Assembly (NCBI GenBank): GCA_025454955.1 | Contig: JALONL010000003.1 | Span: 271,426-335,425 of the forward strand | DNA: 64,000 nt | Direction: 5' to 3' | From: Bacteroidia bacterium | GTDB lineage: Bacteria > Bacteroidota > Bacteroidia > Palsa-965 | Part shown: positions 20,447 to 30,726 of the stretch, piece by piece | How positions within the stretch are numbered: position 1 is the stretch's first letter | Layout: every line of letters begins with the position of its first letter | Program-made: the position numbers and the translations under genes | The notes under the pieces: model-generated | What the model was told of the DNA's origin: nothing | Seen by the model: only the letters and a program-made list of their open reading frames with translations | Databases searched by the model: none

Positions 20447-23065
20447 ATGGATACCGGACGTTTATTTTCCTCACTGCTTGCACTGTGTATAGGTGTGTCG
20501 GTGCTTGCCCAAAACGGGTTAAGTACTGTTTCCATGCCTGCACCTTTCAATCCACAGGTATTGCGGAATAAGAATTGTGTGAGTGTGGATCCGGGCGGAC
20601 GTGTGTGGGTGGGATTTCGTGATGTGGGTGCGGGTGTGTGGGACGGTACCAACTGGACGGTTTACGACAATTCTTCTTTTTTTCTCCCCGATAACAACGT
20701 ACAGAGTTTTGGTTTCGACAGCCTGAACGGTGTGTGGGTGGGCACCAACAGCGGCGGTGCGGCTCGTTTCGATGGGGTGAACTGGTTTTTGTTTGATATG
20801 GCCAATTCGGGTCTGCCCGATAATCATGTGAGCAGTATTTTATGCACGGCTTCTGAGATATGGATGGCTACGAATGCCGGTGTGGCCGTGTATAACGGCA
20901 ATACGTGGAGCGTAATGAATATGGCCAACTCGGGACTGGCTTCGGATACGGTAACTGCGCTTACAATTGGTTTGAATGGTGTGGTGTGGGCGGCTACCAA
21001 CGGCGGCTTGTGCAGCTACCAGGGCAACTGGCAAACGCATGTGCCCGGATTGTTTCGCACGGTGGCCTGCGACAGTTCGGGAGTGGTATGGGCTTCGGAT
21101 GCGGCTATGGTTTGGGTGCAAAATGGGTCATCGTTTATTCGCATTAACCAAAAATACTCGTTCGATTACGCCGGTTTTACAGGCACATCGGCAATTACCG
21201 CTGATCGTTCGGGCGTGTGGTTTACGCAGCCCAACGATGTGCTTATGAAAATTGACAGCGGTAATGTAAACGTGTATTACCCGGGCGGTTTATTCGGAAC
21301 TGTACAGTGGGTGGCTGCAACTGATACGGGCGTGTATTTAGTTAATTCGTTTACCACGGCCATCACCAGCAATTCGTTTAAACTCCTGCATTTTAATCCG
21401 CAGCCGTATTTAAGCTACGGGCTTGGCTTTACCGCGAATAATCTGCGTAAGCTGAACATCAACGAAGTAAATGCCAATTTGCTCACCCAGGGCGATATGC
21501 ACTGGACGCTGGCGGCTGCCGGATATGAAGTGCCCAAAGGAAGCGGAAAACATTCGGTGTTTTCTTCGGGTTTGTGGATTGGTGGTTTGGACGACCAGGA
21601 GGAACTTCATCTGGCCGCCATGACTTACCGGCAATCGGGTGTTGATTTTTATCCCGGCTCCATAGATACGGTAACGCTTACCAGCACGGTGGCCAACGCC
21701 TCACAGTACGACCGTGTGTGGCTGGTTACGGCATACGAAATAAGCGAACTGCAATGGCGTTTTGCCAATGGACAGCTTCAGAGCGGCAGCTATACACCTC
21801 CGGCCGATTTGCGTGAATGGCCGGCAAGTGGCAATGGCAATTATTCGCGTGCGCTGGCTCCGTTTGTGGATGCCAATGGCGACGGGCTGTATTCGGTATA
21901 TGATGGCGATTATCCGCGTATTAAAGGCGATCAGTATGCCTGGTGGGTGTTTAACGATGTGATGCTGCCGCACACCGAAGGCGACGAAAAAGCATTGGGC
22001 GTGGAAGTTCATGCCGAGGCATGGGCGTATTCCTGCAATCTTTTGCCCGATTCGCTGCGCGATGTGAATTACACCACGTTTTACCAGTTTGCCTTCATCA
22101 ACAGATCGGATACGAATTATCACCACACATCTATTACTTATTATCAGGACTGCGATATGGGCAACTGGCAGGACGACTGGATTGGCAGCCGTCCGGAACA
22201 GAATTTCATATACGTGACCAATGGCGATAATGATGATTCGGATCCGAATTATCCCAATTACGGTTTATATCCTCCGCAAACGGCCACGGTATTTCTGGGC
22301 GGCCCGCCTGCTGTGGCGGGCGACAGTATCGACAACAACAACAATGGAATTACCGATGAACCCGGCGAAGAAAACAGGTTAACGGGTGTAATGATGTCGG
22401 GCCAGCCGGCTCCTTTTTTTAATGCGGCTGCGGGAACCCATTACTCCTACATGAACATGATATGGCCCGATAGTTCACAGCTTTCGGTGGGCGGAAATTT
22501 TGGGTACGGAGGCACCACGCCCACACGGTTTTTATTTCCCGATCCGCTTTACGACACCACCGGCTGGAATGAAAATACGGCAGGCAATGCACCTTTCGAC
22601 AGGCGTTTTTACTCCACCTGCGGGCCGTTCGATCTGGCTTCGGGCGATACGGCTGTGTTTACCTTTGCCATTATTACGCATTTCGATTCGGTGAATGCGT
22701 GGGGCACTAAACCTTACTACACCGGATTGGATACGGCGGTGATGCGTGTCGAAAACTGGTATCGGCAGAATGAGACTACGGCGTGTTTGCCTTTGTTCAA
22801 CAGTATTACGGAGAATGCAGTGTCGTCGCAGCCGCTGCTTCGTTTGCAGCCCAATCCGGCTCACGAGGTATTGTTTGTGCAGCACGAATTTGGTGAGGAG
22901 CCGGTTACCGTGCAGGTTGTTGACCTTGCCGGGCGCACGCTGCTGCACGCGCGGCATACCGGATCTGTATTTCAGTTGGGTGTGAGCAGTTTGCCTACGG
23001 GTATGTATGTGGTGCGTGTGAGCAATGGTGCTGAAACTGCCGCCGCAAGGTTTGTGAAGGATTAG
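20447..23065 (+). CDS. Tandem paralogue of 17686..20340 (propeller + unknown domain + T9SS type A CTD)
   Basis: NSGLPDN repeats, EVPKGSGKHSVFSSGLWIGG, AAMTYRQ and CTD QPNPA...DLAGR...GMYVVRV...RFVK. Confidence 0.85.
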   Translation: MDTGRLFSSLLALCIGVSVLAQNGLSTVSMPAPFNPQVLRNKNCVSVDPGGRVWVGFRDVGAGVWDGTNWTVYDNSSFFLPDNNVQSFGFDSLNGVWVGTNSGGAARFDGVNWFLFDMANSGLPDNHVSSILCTASEIWMATNAGVAVYNGNTWSVMNMANSGLASDTVTALTIGLNGVVWAATNGGLCSYQGNWQTHVPGLFRTVACDSSGVVWASDAAMVWVQNGSSFIRINQKYSFDYAGFTGTSAITADRSGVWFTQPNDVLMKIDSGNVNVYYPGGLFGTVQWVAATDTGVYLVNSFTTAITSNSFKLLHFNPQPYLSYGLGFTANNLRKLNINEVNANLLTQGDMHWTLAAAGYEVPKGSGKHSVFSSGLWIGGLDDQEELHLAAMTYRQSGVDFYPGSIDTVTLTSTVANASQYDRVWLVTAYEISELQWRFANGQLQSGSYTPPADLREWPASGNGNYSRALAPFVDANGDGLYSVYDGDYPRIKGDQYAWWVFNDVMLPHTEGDEKALGVEVHAEAWAYSCNLLPDSLRDVNYTTFYQFAFINRSDTNYHHTSITYYQDCDMGNWQDDWIGSRPEQNFIYVTNGDNDDSDPNYPNYGLYPPQTATVFLGGPPAVAGDSIDNNNNGITDEPGEENRLTGVMMSGQPAPFFNAAAGTHYSYMNMIWPDSSQLSVGGNFGYGGTTPTRFLFPDPLYDTTGWNENTAGNAPFDRRFYSTCGPFDLASGDTAVFTFAIITHFDSVNAWGTKPYYTGLDTAVMRVENWYRQNETTACLPLFNSITENAVSSQPLLRLQPNPAHEVLFVQHEFGEEPVTVQVVDLAGRTLLHARHTGSVFQLGVSSLPTGMYVVRVSNGAETAAARFVKD

Positions 23066-23113
23066 CGTGAGTGCGTGGGCGAAATGAGTAATTTCGTGCC
23101 ACGCTTACACACT

Positions 23114-23587
23114 ATGTTTACCATCCGCAAAGCCGTGGCAGAAGATATGCCTGCCGTTTTCGAACTCATCATGGAGCTGGCCGTTTACGAAAAAGCGCCG
23201 CACGAAGTAATTAACTCGCCCCAGCAGCTTGTGGCCGATGGTTTTGGTCCGCAGCCTTTGTTTGGCTGTTTTGTGGCCGAATACGAAGGCCGCATTGTGG
23301 GCATTTCGCTTTACTACTGGCGTTATTCTACCTGGAAAGCCAAACGGCTTTATCTCGAAGACATTATCGTAACCGATGCCATGCGCGGCAAGGGTTTAGG
23401 CAAACTGCTCATGGACCGCACCCTGCAGCACACGCTCGACGAAGGCTGCTCGGGCATACTCTGGCAGGTGCTCGACTGGAACGAACCGGCCATAAATTTT
23501 TACAAAAAGTACAATGCAAATTTCAGCAGCGAGTGGCTCAACGTATCGCTCGAAGCCGATGAAATAAAACAATTGCTCCAAAAATAA
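23114..23587 (+). CDS. GNAT N-acetyltransferase (diamine acetyltransferase-like)
   Basis: Motifs ELAVYEK, YSTW, LYLEDIIV, RGKGLGK and VLDWNEPAINFY. Confidence 0.9.
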   Translation: MFTIRKAVAEDMPAVFELIMELAVYEKAPHEVINSPQQLVADGFGPQPLFGCFVAEYEGRIVGISLYYWRYSTWKAKRLYLEDIIVTDAMRGKGLGKLLMDRTLQHTLDEGCSGILWQVLDWNEPAINFYKKYNANFSSEWLNVSLEADEIKQLLQK

Positions 23588-23601
23588 TTCCACCTCACCG
23601 C

Positions 23602-24882
23602 ATGAAAGTGTTCAAGTTTGGCGGCGCTTCTGTAAAGGATGCCGCAGCAGTGAAAAATGTTGCAGGAATACTCAGCACCTATTCCGGAGAACCGCTGGTG
23701 GTGGTGGTTTCGGCAATGGGCAAAACTACCAATGCCCTCGAACGCCTTGCCGATTCGTACTTCAAAGGCGATACAGAAACTGCACAGAAAGTACTTGACG
23801 AAGTGCGCGAATATCACACCGGAATTCTGAACGGACTTTTTGAAGATAAAGCACACGGCGTGTTTAACGATATTCACAACACACTCGTGGAACTGGAGTG
23901 GGTAATTGAAGATCAGCCCACACACGAGTTCGATTGCGAATACGATCAGATTGTTTCGGTGGGCGAATTGCTTTCCACAAAAATTGTAAGCCATTACCTC
24001 ACACACTCCGGCATTGTCAACCGCTGGCAGGATGTGCGCGACTGGATTAAAACCGACAACACTTACCGCGAAGCCAAAGTAGATTGGACACTTACCCAAC
24101 AGTGCATCCGCGAAACGTTGGTGCCTTACATGTCTGGCAGCAATCCGGCTCCGGTAATTACGCAGGGCTTTCTGGGTGTAACTTCCGAAAACTTTACCAC
24201 CACGCTCGGGCGCGAAGGGTCGGACTATACCGCCGCCATTATTGCCTATTGCATGGATGCCGAAAGTGTGACAATATGGAAAGATGTGCCCGGCGTATTA
24301 AACGCCGATCCGAAATGGTTTGACAATACCGAACTCATTCCGCAGTTGTCTTATCAGGATGCCATTGAGCTTACGTATTATGGTGCCACGGTAATTCACC
24401 CCAAAACCATTAAGCCGCTTCAAAACAAAAATATTCCGCTGCAGGTGCGCTCTTTTGTGAAGCCCGAAGCGGCCGGAACGGTAATTCATGGCGGACAGGT
24501 GCCGCTGCCGGTTCCGTGTTTTATTTTTAAAATGGATCAGGTGCTGTTGTCTATTGCGCCAAAAGATTTTTCGTTCATTGTGGAAGAAAACCTGAGCCGG
24601 ATTTTCGGACTTTTCAGCGAACACGGTATTCATCTTAACATGATGCAAAACTCGGCCCTTCGTTTTTCGGTGGTAATTGATAACAACGCGCGGCGGATTT
24701 CGGGATTGATTGAAATCCTGCGCAGGGATTTTCAGGTGCTTAAGAACGAAAATCTTGAATTGGTTACTATCCGCCACTACAATCAGGCTACGCTCGACCG
24801 GGTTACGGTGGGGAAAGATCTTCTGCTGGAGGTAAAAAGCCGTTATACGGCGCAAATTGTAATGAAAAACAGTAATCTGTAA
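23602..24882 (+). CDS. lysC: Aspartate kinase
   Basis: Motifs VFKFGGASV, VVVVSAMG.TTN, TTLGREGSDYTA and WKDVPGV.NADP. Confidence 0.93.
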   Translation: MKVFKFGGASVKDAAAVKNVAGILSTYSGEPLVVVVSAMGKTTNALERLADSYFKGDTETAQKVLDEVREYHTGILNGLFEDKAHGVFNDIHNTLVELEWVIEDQPTHEFDCEYDQIVSVGELLSTKIVSHYLTHSGIVNRWQDVRDWIKTDNTYREAKVDWTLTQQCIRETLVPYMSGSNPAPVITQGFLGVTSENFTTTLGREGSDYTAAIIAYCMDAESVTIWKDVPGVLNADPKWFDNTELIPQLSYQDAIELTYYGATVIHPKTIKPLQNKNIPLQVRSFVKPEAAGTVIHGGQVPLPVPCFIFKMDQVLLSIAPKDFSFIVEENLSRIFGLFSEHGIHLNMMQNSALRFSVVIDNNARRISGLIEILRRDFQVLKNENLELVTIRHYNQATLDRVTVGKDLLLEVKSRYTAQIVMKNSNL

Positions 24883-24952
24883 TCTCTTTAAACTGATTTC
24901 ACCCGTCGATATTGAGTTGCTTTATTATCTTTGCACTTAACCTCAATTACCC

Positions 24953-25333
24953 ATGAGCAGATTGTTTATTCCCGGAACAAATAGTACTGCGCAGGTCGAT
25001 TTCGACCGCGATGCGGGTACTATGTCGATTACCGGCGTATCAATCCCCGAAAATGCCGATCAGTTTTTTAAGCCGCTTCACGAATGGGCCGATACACTCA
25101 TTAAGTCTTATTCGGGCAATATAAAACTCACCCTTTGTCTTACCTATTTCAATACCACCACGGTAAGGCATTTGCTTCCTTTTATGCAGCGGCTTATTCA
25201 GCATTTCCGCAATTCTCTGGCAGTGGTGTGGCAATACGAAGAAGACGATGAGGAATTGCTCGAGCGAGGCGAGGAACTGAGCGATGTACTTCAGTTTAAA
25301 TTCGAGTACGAAGCGTTGCCGGTAGAAGATTAA
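24953..25333 (+). CDS. SiaC/DUF1987 family protein
   Basis: Motifs G.SIPEN..FF.P, YFNTTT and W.YEEDDEE..ERGEE. Own TATCTTTG box at 24926-24933. Confidence 0.8.
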   Translation: MSRLFIPGTNSTAQVDFDRDAGTMSITGVSIPENADQFFKPLHEWADTLIKSYSGNIKLTLCLTYFNTTTVRHLLPFMQRLIQHFRNSLAVVWQYEEDDEELLERGEELSDVLQFKFEYEALPVED

Positions 25334-26274
25334 CCGGTAAGCGCATTTATTATTTTCTGCGCCAGCACTTTCCCTATTTTTTCGTGGCTTTCAAATGTCC
25401 AGCCTGCAATGTGAGGCGAGAGCAGCACTTTGTCTGACTGTATGAGATATTGCATGGGAGCGGGCAGGGCAGTGGCATCAATGGCTTCGAACGATACTTT
25501 TTCGTATTCGAGCACATCGAGGCAGGCGCCGCGCACGGTGCCCTGCTGCAAATGCTTTACCAGTGCAGCCGTGTCGAGTACTTTGCCGCGGGCGCTGTTG
25601 ATGAGCCACAGCGGTTTGCGAAACGCACTGAGGAAAGCATCGTTTACCATATACTCCGTTTCGGGAGTGAGCGGTATGTGCAGGCTGAGCACATCGGCCT
25701 GGGCAAAAATTTCTTCGGGGCTGCTTTCTTTCACAAACTCATTGCCGAAGCCGGTTTTGTATTTGTCGTAAGCCAGCACATTTACCTCAAACCCGCGAAG
25801 CCGCTGCGCAAATGCCGAGCCCATATTTCCGTAGCCGATAATGCCCACTGTTTTCCCGCCCAGTTCGTAGCCGCGGTTGCCTTCGCGTATCCATTTTCCG
25901 GTGCGCACTTCGCGGTCGGCGCGGGCAAGGTTGTTCATGAGTGCCAGCAACATGCCTAAAGCTTGTTCGCCCACCGCATCGCGGTTACCTTCGGGAGCAT
26001 GTACACAGGCTATGCCGCGCGCCTGGGCGTAAGCCACATCAATGTTTTCCATTCCCGCCCCGGCGCGGGCAATGCACTTCAGATCGGGCGAGGCATTAAT
26101 GAAAGCAGCATCGAGCTTAAAACGGCTGCGTATTACCACGCCATGATAGCCACTCATGCGCTGCTGCACTTCTTCTTTGGAAAGGGAATATTCTTCATCG
26201 CACTCAAACCCTGCGCCACGCAGCATTTCAAGCATTACCGGATGATTGGTGTCGAGAAAGAGAATGCGTTTCAT
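25330..26274 (-). CDS. D-2-hydroxyacid dehydrogenase (phosphoglycerate dehydrogenase-like)
   Basis: Motifs RAGAGMENID, GIIGYGNMG, INSARG, LDVLEYE and SPHIAG. Confidence 0.92.
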   Translation of the reverse strand: MKRILFLDTNHPVMLEMLRGAGFECDEEYSLSKEEVQQRMSGYHGVVIRSRFKLDAAFINASPDLKCIARAGAGMENIDVAYAQARGIACVHAPEGNRDAVGEQALGMLLALMNNLARADREVRTGKWIREGNRGYELGGKTVGIIGYGNMGSAFAQRLRGFEVNVLAYDKYKTGFGNEFVKESSPEEIFAQADVLSLHIPLTPETEYMVNDAFLSAFRKPLWLINSARGKVLDTAALVKHLQQGTVRGACLDVLEYEKVSFEAIDATALPAPMQYLIQSDKVLLSPHIAGWTFESHEKIGKVLAQKIINALTG

Positions 26275-26278
26275 TGCG

Positions 26279-27673
26279 TCAGAGCAAAGTGCCGTCGAGC
26301 AAAGCTACCGAAATGGAGAAATAAATAAGCAATCCGGTAACGTCAACCAACGTGGCCACAAACGGAGCCGAGGAAACCGCCGGATCAAGCCCGAGCCTTT
26401 TAAGAAACAGCGGAAGCAGCGAGCCGGCCAGACAGCCCCACAATACCACAAACGTAAGCGTAATGCCCAGTGTGAGTCCAATCTGCAGCCAGTATGGCCC
26501 GTAATCATCCACGAAATTCGACCAGATGGCTATGCGCAGGAAACCGATAATTCCCAGAATCAATCCAAGCACTAATCCCGACTTGAATTCTTTTTTTACA
26601 ATAGTCACCCAGTCGCGTATGGTAATTTCGCCCAGGGCCAGTGCACGGATGATAAGCGATGTAGCCTGCGAGCCGCTGTTTCCGCCACTCGAAATAATAA
26701 GCGGCATAAACACGGCCAGTATTACGGCCTTCTGAATTTTATCGTCGAAAAAGCTGAGTGCCGTGGCGGTAAGCGTTTCGCCCACAAACAGCACCACCAG
26801 CCAGCCCACACGTTTGCGGATCATTCGCCAGAAAGGCGTGCTCATGTAGGGTTCTTCGAGTGCTTCCACACCACCCATTTTCTGCACGTCTTCGGTGTTT
26901 TCCTCGCGAATAAGATCTACCACATCGTCAAACGTAATGCGGCCCACCAAACGTCCCAGCGAGTCGGTTACGGGAATCACCACGAGGTCGTATTTGTCCA
27001 TGAGTTTGGCCACTTCCTCCACGGGTGTGTGTGTGCGTACGCTTATTACGTTTGGGTTGCATACCTCGCGCACGGGCGAGTTGAGCGGTTTGGTGAGAAG
27101 ACTTTTGAGCGAGAGCAGACCCACCAATTTCTCGTCTTCATCCACCACGTAAATGGTATAAACAATTTCAACCTCCTCAGCCTGCCGGCGAATTTCGCGC
27201 ACGGCTTCGCGCACGGTTTTGTCGATGTGTACGCGCACCGTTTCCTTGCCCATAAGACCACCGGCAGTGTCGGGGTCGAAGTTGAGCAGATCCACAATGT
27301 CGCTGGCCTGGTCAAGGTCTTCTACGTGTTGCAGAATTTCGTCCTGCTGCGCATCGGGAAGTTCGGCCAGTACGTAGGCGGCATCGTCTGAGTCGAGGTT
27401 GTCGATTACCTGCTCGGCAATTTCTTTTGGCGAAAGTCCTTCGAGTACTTCCTCGCGCCGGTCGTCTTCGAGCAGGAGCAGGGCTTCGGCGGCCACCTCG
27501 TCTTCGAGCAGTCCGTAGGCTTTTACCGTTTCGTCGGTATCGAGGCTGTTGAGGATTTCGGCAGCATCGGCCGGGTGCAGCCCGTGGAAATATCCGCGCA
27601 CCGCATCCTCGTTCCCCGCAGCCAGCGCGGTGCGGAGATCGTCGATGAATGTATCGGTAAGCTGGAATGCCAT
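26279..27673 (-). CDS. mgtE: Magnesium transporter
   Basis: LHPADAAE N-domain, CBS pair (TAGGLM), SSGGNSGSQA and DPAVSSAPFVATLVD. TACCTTTG box at 27699-27706. Confidence 0.96.
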   Translation of the reverse strand: MAFQLTDTFIDDLRTALAAGNEDAVRGYFHGLHPADAAEILNSLDTDETVKAYGLLEDEVAAEALLLLEDDRREEVLEGLSPKEIAEQVIDNLDSDDAAYVLAELPDAQQDEILQHVEDLDQASDIVDLLNFDPDTAGGLMGKETVRVHIDKTVREAVREIRRQAEEVEIVYTIYVVDEDEKLVGLLSLKSLLTKPLNSPVREVCNPNVISVRTHTPVEEVAKLMDKYDLVVIPVTDSLGRLVGRITFDDVVDLIREENTEDVQKMGGVEALEEPYMSTPFWRMIRKRVGWLVVLFVGETLTATALSFFDDKIQKAVILAVFMPLIISSGGNSGSQATSLIIRALALGEITIRDWVTIVKKEFKSGLVLGLILGIIGFLRIAIWSNFVDDYGPYWLQIGLTLGITLTFVVLWGCLAGSLLPLFLKRLGLDPAVSSAPFVATLVDVTGLLIYFSISVALLDGTLL

Positions 27674-27750
27674 CGGGTGCAGTTTTGCCGGAGCGGTGCA
27701 AAGGTAGGCAGAAACGGCTTTCGGGCGATAGCCGGTGGCAGTGGTAAAAC

Positions 27751-28542
27751 TTATTTTACATTGGGCCCTCTTTCCTCAAGCATATTGGTGAGGGCCACAA
27801 AATCGGCCACCGACAGCTTTTCGGCCCGGTTGGCAAAGTAGGCGTGGTTTTCGAAGCCGGGTTTAATGGCAAAGGCTTTCACCGCATTGCGCACCGTTTT
27901 GCGACGCTGGTTGAATGCGGCTTTCACCACGGACGTAAACAGCTTTTCGTCGCAGCCCAATTGCTCCGTTTTATTGCGCGTAAGCCTGATTACCGCCGAC
28001 TTTACTTTTGGCGGCGGCGAAAACACATTTTCATGCACCGTAAAGAGGTACTCAATATCAAACCATGCCTGAAGCAGCACGCTGAGAATACCATAAGTTT
28101 TCGATCCCGGCGGTTCGGCCACACGCTCGGCCACTTCTTTCTGAAACATGCCCACCAGTTCGGGCACCTGATTGCGGTGATCGAGTACTTTAAAAAGTAT
28201 CTGCGAAGAAATGTTGTAGGGGAAATTGCCAATTACGGCAAACGATTCGCTGAAATACTGTTCGGGCTTCATGCGCAGAAAATCGCCGGCAATAATGCGC
28301 GGGGCAAGCTCCGGGTAATGCTCCTGCAAATAGGCCACCGATTCGGTATCAATTTCGGCCACCCAGGTTTCAATGTCGGGTTGCTGCAAAAGGTATTTGG
28401 TGAGCACGCCCATGCCGGGGCCAATTTCGAGCACTTTTTTGTAGCTGCCGTTGCGGCGGAGACTTTCGGCTATTTTCCGGGCAATGTTTTCATCGCGCAG
28501 AAAATGCTGGCCAAGGTGTTTTTTTGCGCGTACTGAATTCAT
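27751..28542 (-). CDS. rsmA: 16S rRNA adenine dimethyltransferase
   Basis: Motifs KKHLGQHFL, LEIGPGMG, GNFPYNIS, MFQKEVAER and PPPKVKS. Confidence 0.97.
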   Translation of the reverse strand: MNSVRAKKHLGQHFLRDENIARKIAESLRRNGSYKKVLEIGPGMGVLTKYLLQQPDIETWVAEIDTESVAYLQEHYPELAPRIIAGDFLRMKPEQYFSESFAVIGNFPYNISSQILFKVLDHRNQVPELVGMFQKEVAERVAEPPGSKTYGILSVLLQAWFDIEYLFTVHENVFSPPPKVKSAVIRLTRNKTEQLGCDEKLFTSVVKAAFNQRRKTVRNAVKAFAIKPGFENHAYFANRAEKLSVADFVALTNMLEERGPNVK

Positions 28543-28562
28543 GCGGCGGTGGTGTGTGGCAA

Positions 28563-28865
28563 TTATTCTACTTCTTCCAGCAATGTGCGGAATGCCACAA
28601 ACTTACCGGCATATTTATTTATTACGTCTTTCTGCAACGCAGGTGCATGGTTGTTTTTATACCGCTCGTAATCGTTCATGCTGGCCGCACGATACTGAAA
28701 CGAATAACTTTTTCCCTGCTGTTCTTCCACATTGATGCGGAAAATGCGGCCCTCGGTAAAACAGCCGGTGGCCAGCACATCGGGTACGTGTACGGTTTTC
28801 ATCCAGTGCAGCCATTCGTCGTGTACATCGTCGTCCACGTTTACGGTTACGTTGTATAAAATCAT
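28563..28865 (-). CDS. DUF4286 family protein
   Basis: MILYNVT...WL.WMK..H.P...F.AFRTLLE, in its usual position between the TPR gene and rsmA. Confidence 0.8.
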   Translation of the reverse strand: MILYNVTVNVDDDVHDEWLHWMKTVHVPDVLATGCFTEGRIFRINVEEQQGKSYSFQYRAASMNDYERYKNNHAPALQKDVINKYAGKFVAFRTLLEEVE

Positions 28866-30724
28866 TAGTCGGCTACTTTATCACCGCGCAGTTCGCGGTA
28901 GCGTTTTCTTGCATCCACCACAAATAAACTTCCGGGAAACTGCGTAAGCAGTTTCTGATAGCATTCCATGGCTTTTGCTTTATCGTCGAGATGAAATTCG
29001 TAGAGTTCGGCCAAACGGAAAAGGGCATCGTCGCCCAGCACATCGTCGCTGTACATGCTCAGCAGTTTGTCGAGTTGTTTGCCGGCCTCTGTCCAGTTCT
29101 GCTGCTTCATGGCAATGCGGTAGCGCAGAAAAAGCACATCATCGGCAATGGAATGCGTAGAGTACATGCGGTCGATGGAGTCGAGATAAGTGCCTGCCAG
29201 GTCGAAGCGGTTTTGAAAAAGCATGAGGTCGGCCTGCGCAAACCAGTTGAGCGGTTCGGGATTGCTGTCGAGCGCGAAGTTGTCAGTAATGAGTATCGAC
29301 AAATACATCGCGTCGTTGGAGATGAGTTTTGAGGTAGAACCTTTGAGCACGTTCAGCTGCACCTGCGACCATTTGAAATCGCCAATGTAAAAGGCCACTT
29401 TGGCGTTTCGGTATTTGGCTTCCTGGCCCACAGTTTCGCGCTTGAATGCTTTTTCTACCTGCGAGTAGCGCAGCGAGGCTTCCCACACCTGCCCGTCAAG
29501 CAAAAGCACATCGCCGAGTTCGAGTTTGCTTTCGGCCTGTTTTTCTGGATTTACGCCGGGCAGGGCAATGGCTTTTTCGAGCAGTTGCACCGCTTCGCCG
29601 GTTTTGAAAAGGTAAAATGCCTGCAGGTGCGCCAGGCTTCGCATGAGGTCTATGGTGGTTCCGTCTTCGCCCAGTTCGGTGAGTGTGGTTTTCATCTCGG
29701 TTTCGAGCTGAAGGAGTTCGGTGCGGGTGTAGTTGCTGCGTGCGGTAATTTGTTCGCTGCGCGTGGTTACCCTGTCGGTGCGGGCTTTGCGGTAGTTTCC
29801 GCCGCCGGGGCCGAGGCCGATCACATAATCATAGCCTGAAATGGCTGCGTCGTATTCTTCGTTGAAACGTGCCACGGCGGCCAGTTCCATTACGTTGGTG
29901 CCGTCGGTTTTTCGGCGTTTGTCGATGGCTTTGGCCTGCACCATTGCGGCGCGGAAATCTTTCTGCTGCATAAACAGCCACATCAGCATTTCCGACCAGA
30001 TCAGGTTATCGGGCTCTTTTTGCGAACGTCGCAAAAGTTCGGTGCGCAGCGCGGGTTCTACTTTTTCCTCGCGGTCTTCGTCCATCCAGGCCTGCAGGCG
30101 GTTTTGTACCTGTTGCCTTTCGCCCGAGGGATTTTGAGCGGCCATGTCGAGGCATTCGTTTACCATGAGCGCATATTCTTTGCGCAGGTAATACACTTCG
30201 GCCAGTTCGTTGCCAAAGTTGTAGCGTTCGCCCATTTCGCGGCGGCCGCGTTTGAGCGCGTCCACTGCAAACTGCGTTTCGTTGAGTCCGAGAAAAGCAT
30301 TGGCCAGATCAATTACCGCCGTGGCCGAAGTGGTTTGCGTAATGGCATTGATGGCGGCGTTGAATTCTTTCTTCGCCTTGTCTTCATCGCCCTGTGCGCG
30401 ATACACGCGGGCCATGTCCACACGGAAACGCAAATCGAGCGGATAACGCTTGCTCTGGCGCGTGACTACTTTTTCGGCCTTGCGGAAGTTTTTGGTCTGA
30501 ATAAGGCAGTTGAGGTAGTAATTGTAATAGATCGCAATCGGATTGCGGTCGTACAATTTCTCGTAATACACCAATGCCTTGTCATACTCTCCGGCCGAGT
30601 AGTACTGACCCGCAAGCTGCTCGTCGGGCGAAACAGTCTGCGGCGGCACAGGCTGACAAAACGCTGCCTGTGGTGCGGTTGTGAGCACCAGAGTAAGCAG
30701 CAATATCAGCCTGAATATTTTCAT
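28865..30724 (-). CDS. Exported tetratricopeptide repeat protein
   Basis: Signal peptide and multiple TPR-like helices (DKALVYYEKL, DDALFRLAELY, FPGSLF..DARKRYR.LRGD). Confidence 0.88.
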   Translation of the reverse strand: MKIFRLILLLTLVLTTAPQAAFCQPVPPQTVSPDEQLAGQYYSAGEYDKALVYYEKLYDRNPIAIYYNYYLNCLIQTKNFRKAEKVVTRQSKRYPLDLRFRVDMARVYRAQGDEDKAKKEFNAAINAITQTTSATAVIDLANAFLGLNETQFAVDALKRGRREMGERYNFGNELAEVYYLRKEYALMVNECLDMAAQNPSGERQQVQNRLQAWMDEDREEKVEPALRTELLRRSQKEPDNLIWSEMLMWLFMQQKDFRAAMVQAKAIDKRRKTDGTNVMELAAVARFNEEYDAAISGYDYVIGLGPGGGNYRKARTDRVTTRSEQITARSNYTRTELLQLETEMKTTLTELGEDGTTIDLMRSLAHLQAFYLFKTGEAVQLLEKAIALPGVNPEKQAESKLELGDVLLLDGQVWEASLRYSQVEKAFKRETVGQEAKYRNAKVAFYIGDFKWSQVQLNVLKGSTSKLISNDAMYLSILITDNFALDSNPEPLNWFAQADLMLFQNRFDLAGTYLDSIDRMYSTHSIADDVLFLRYRIAMKQQNWTEAGKQLDKLLSMYSDDVLGDDALFRLAELYEFHLDDKAKAMECYQKLLTQFPGSLFVVDARKRYRELRGDKVAD

Positions 30725-30726
30725 CG

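Noticed and set aside
9893-23065. Paralogous T9SS genes as diversity-generating retroelement targets
   Set aside because: I saw no reverse transcriptase and no near-identical template/variable repeat pair with adenine-specific differences.
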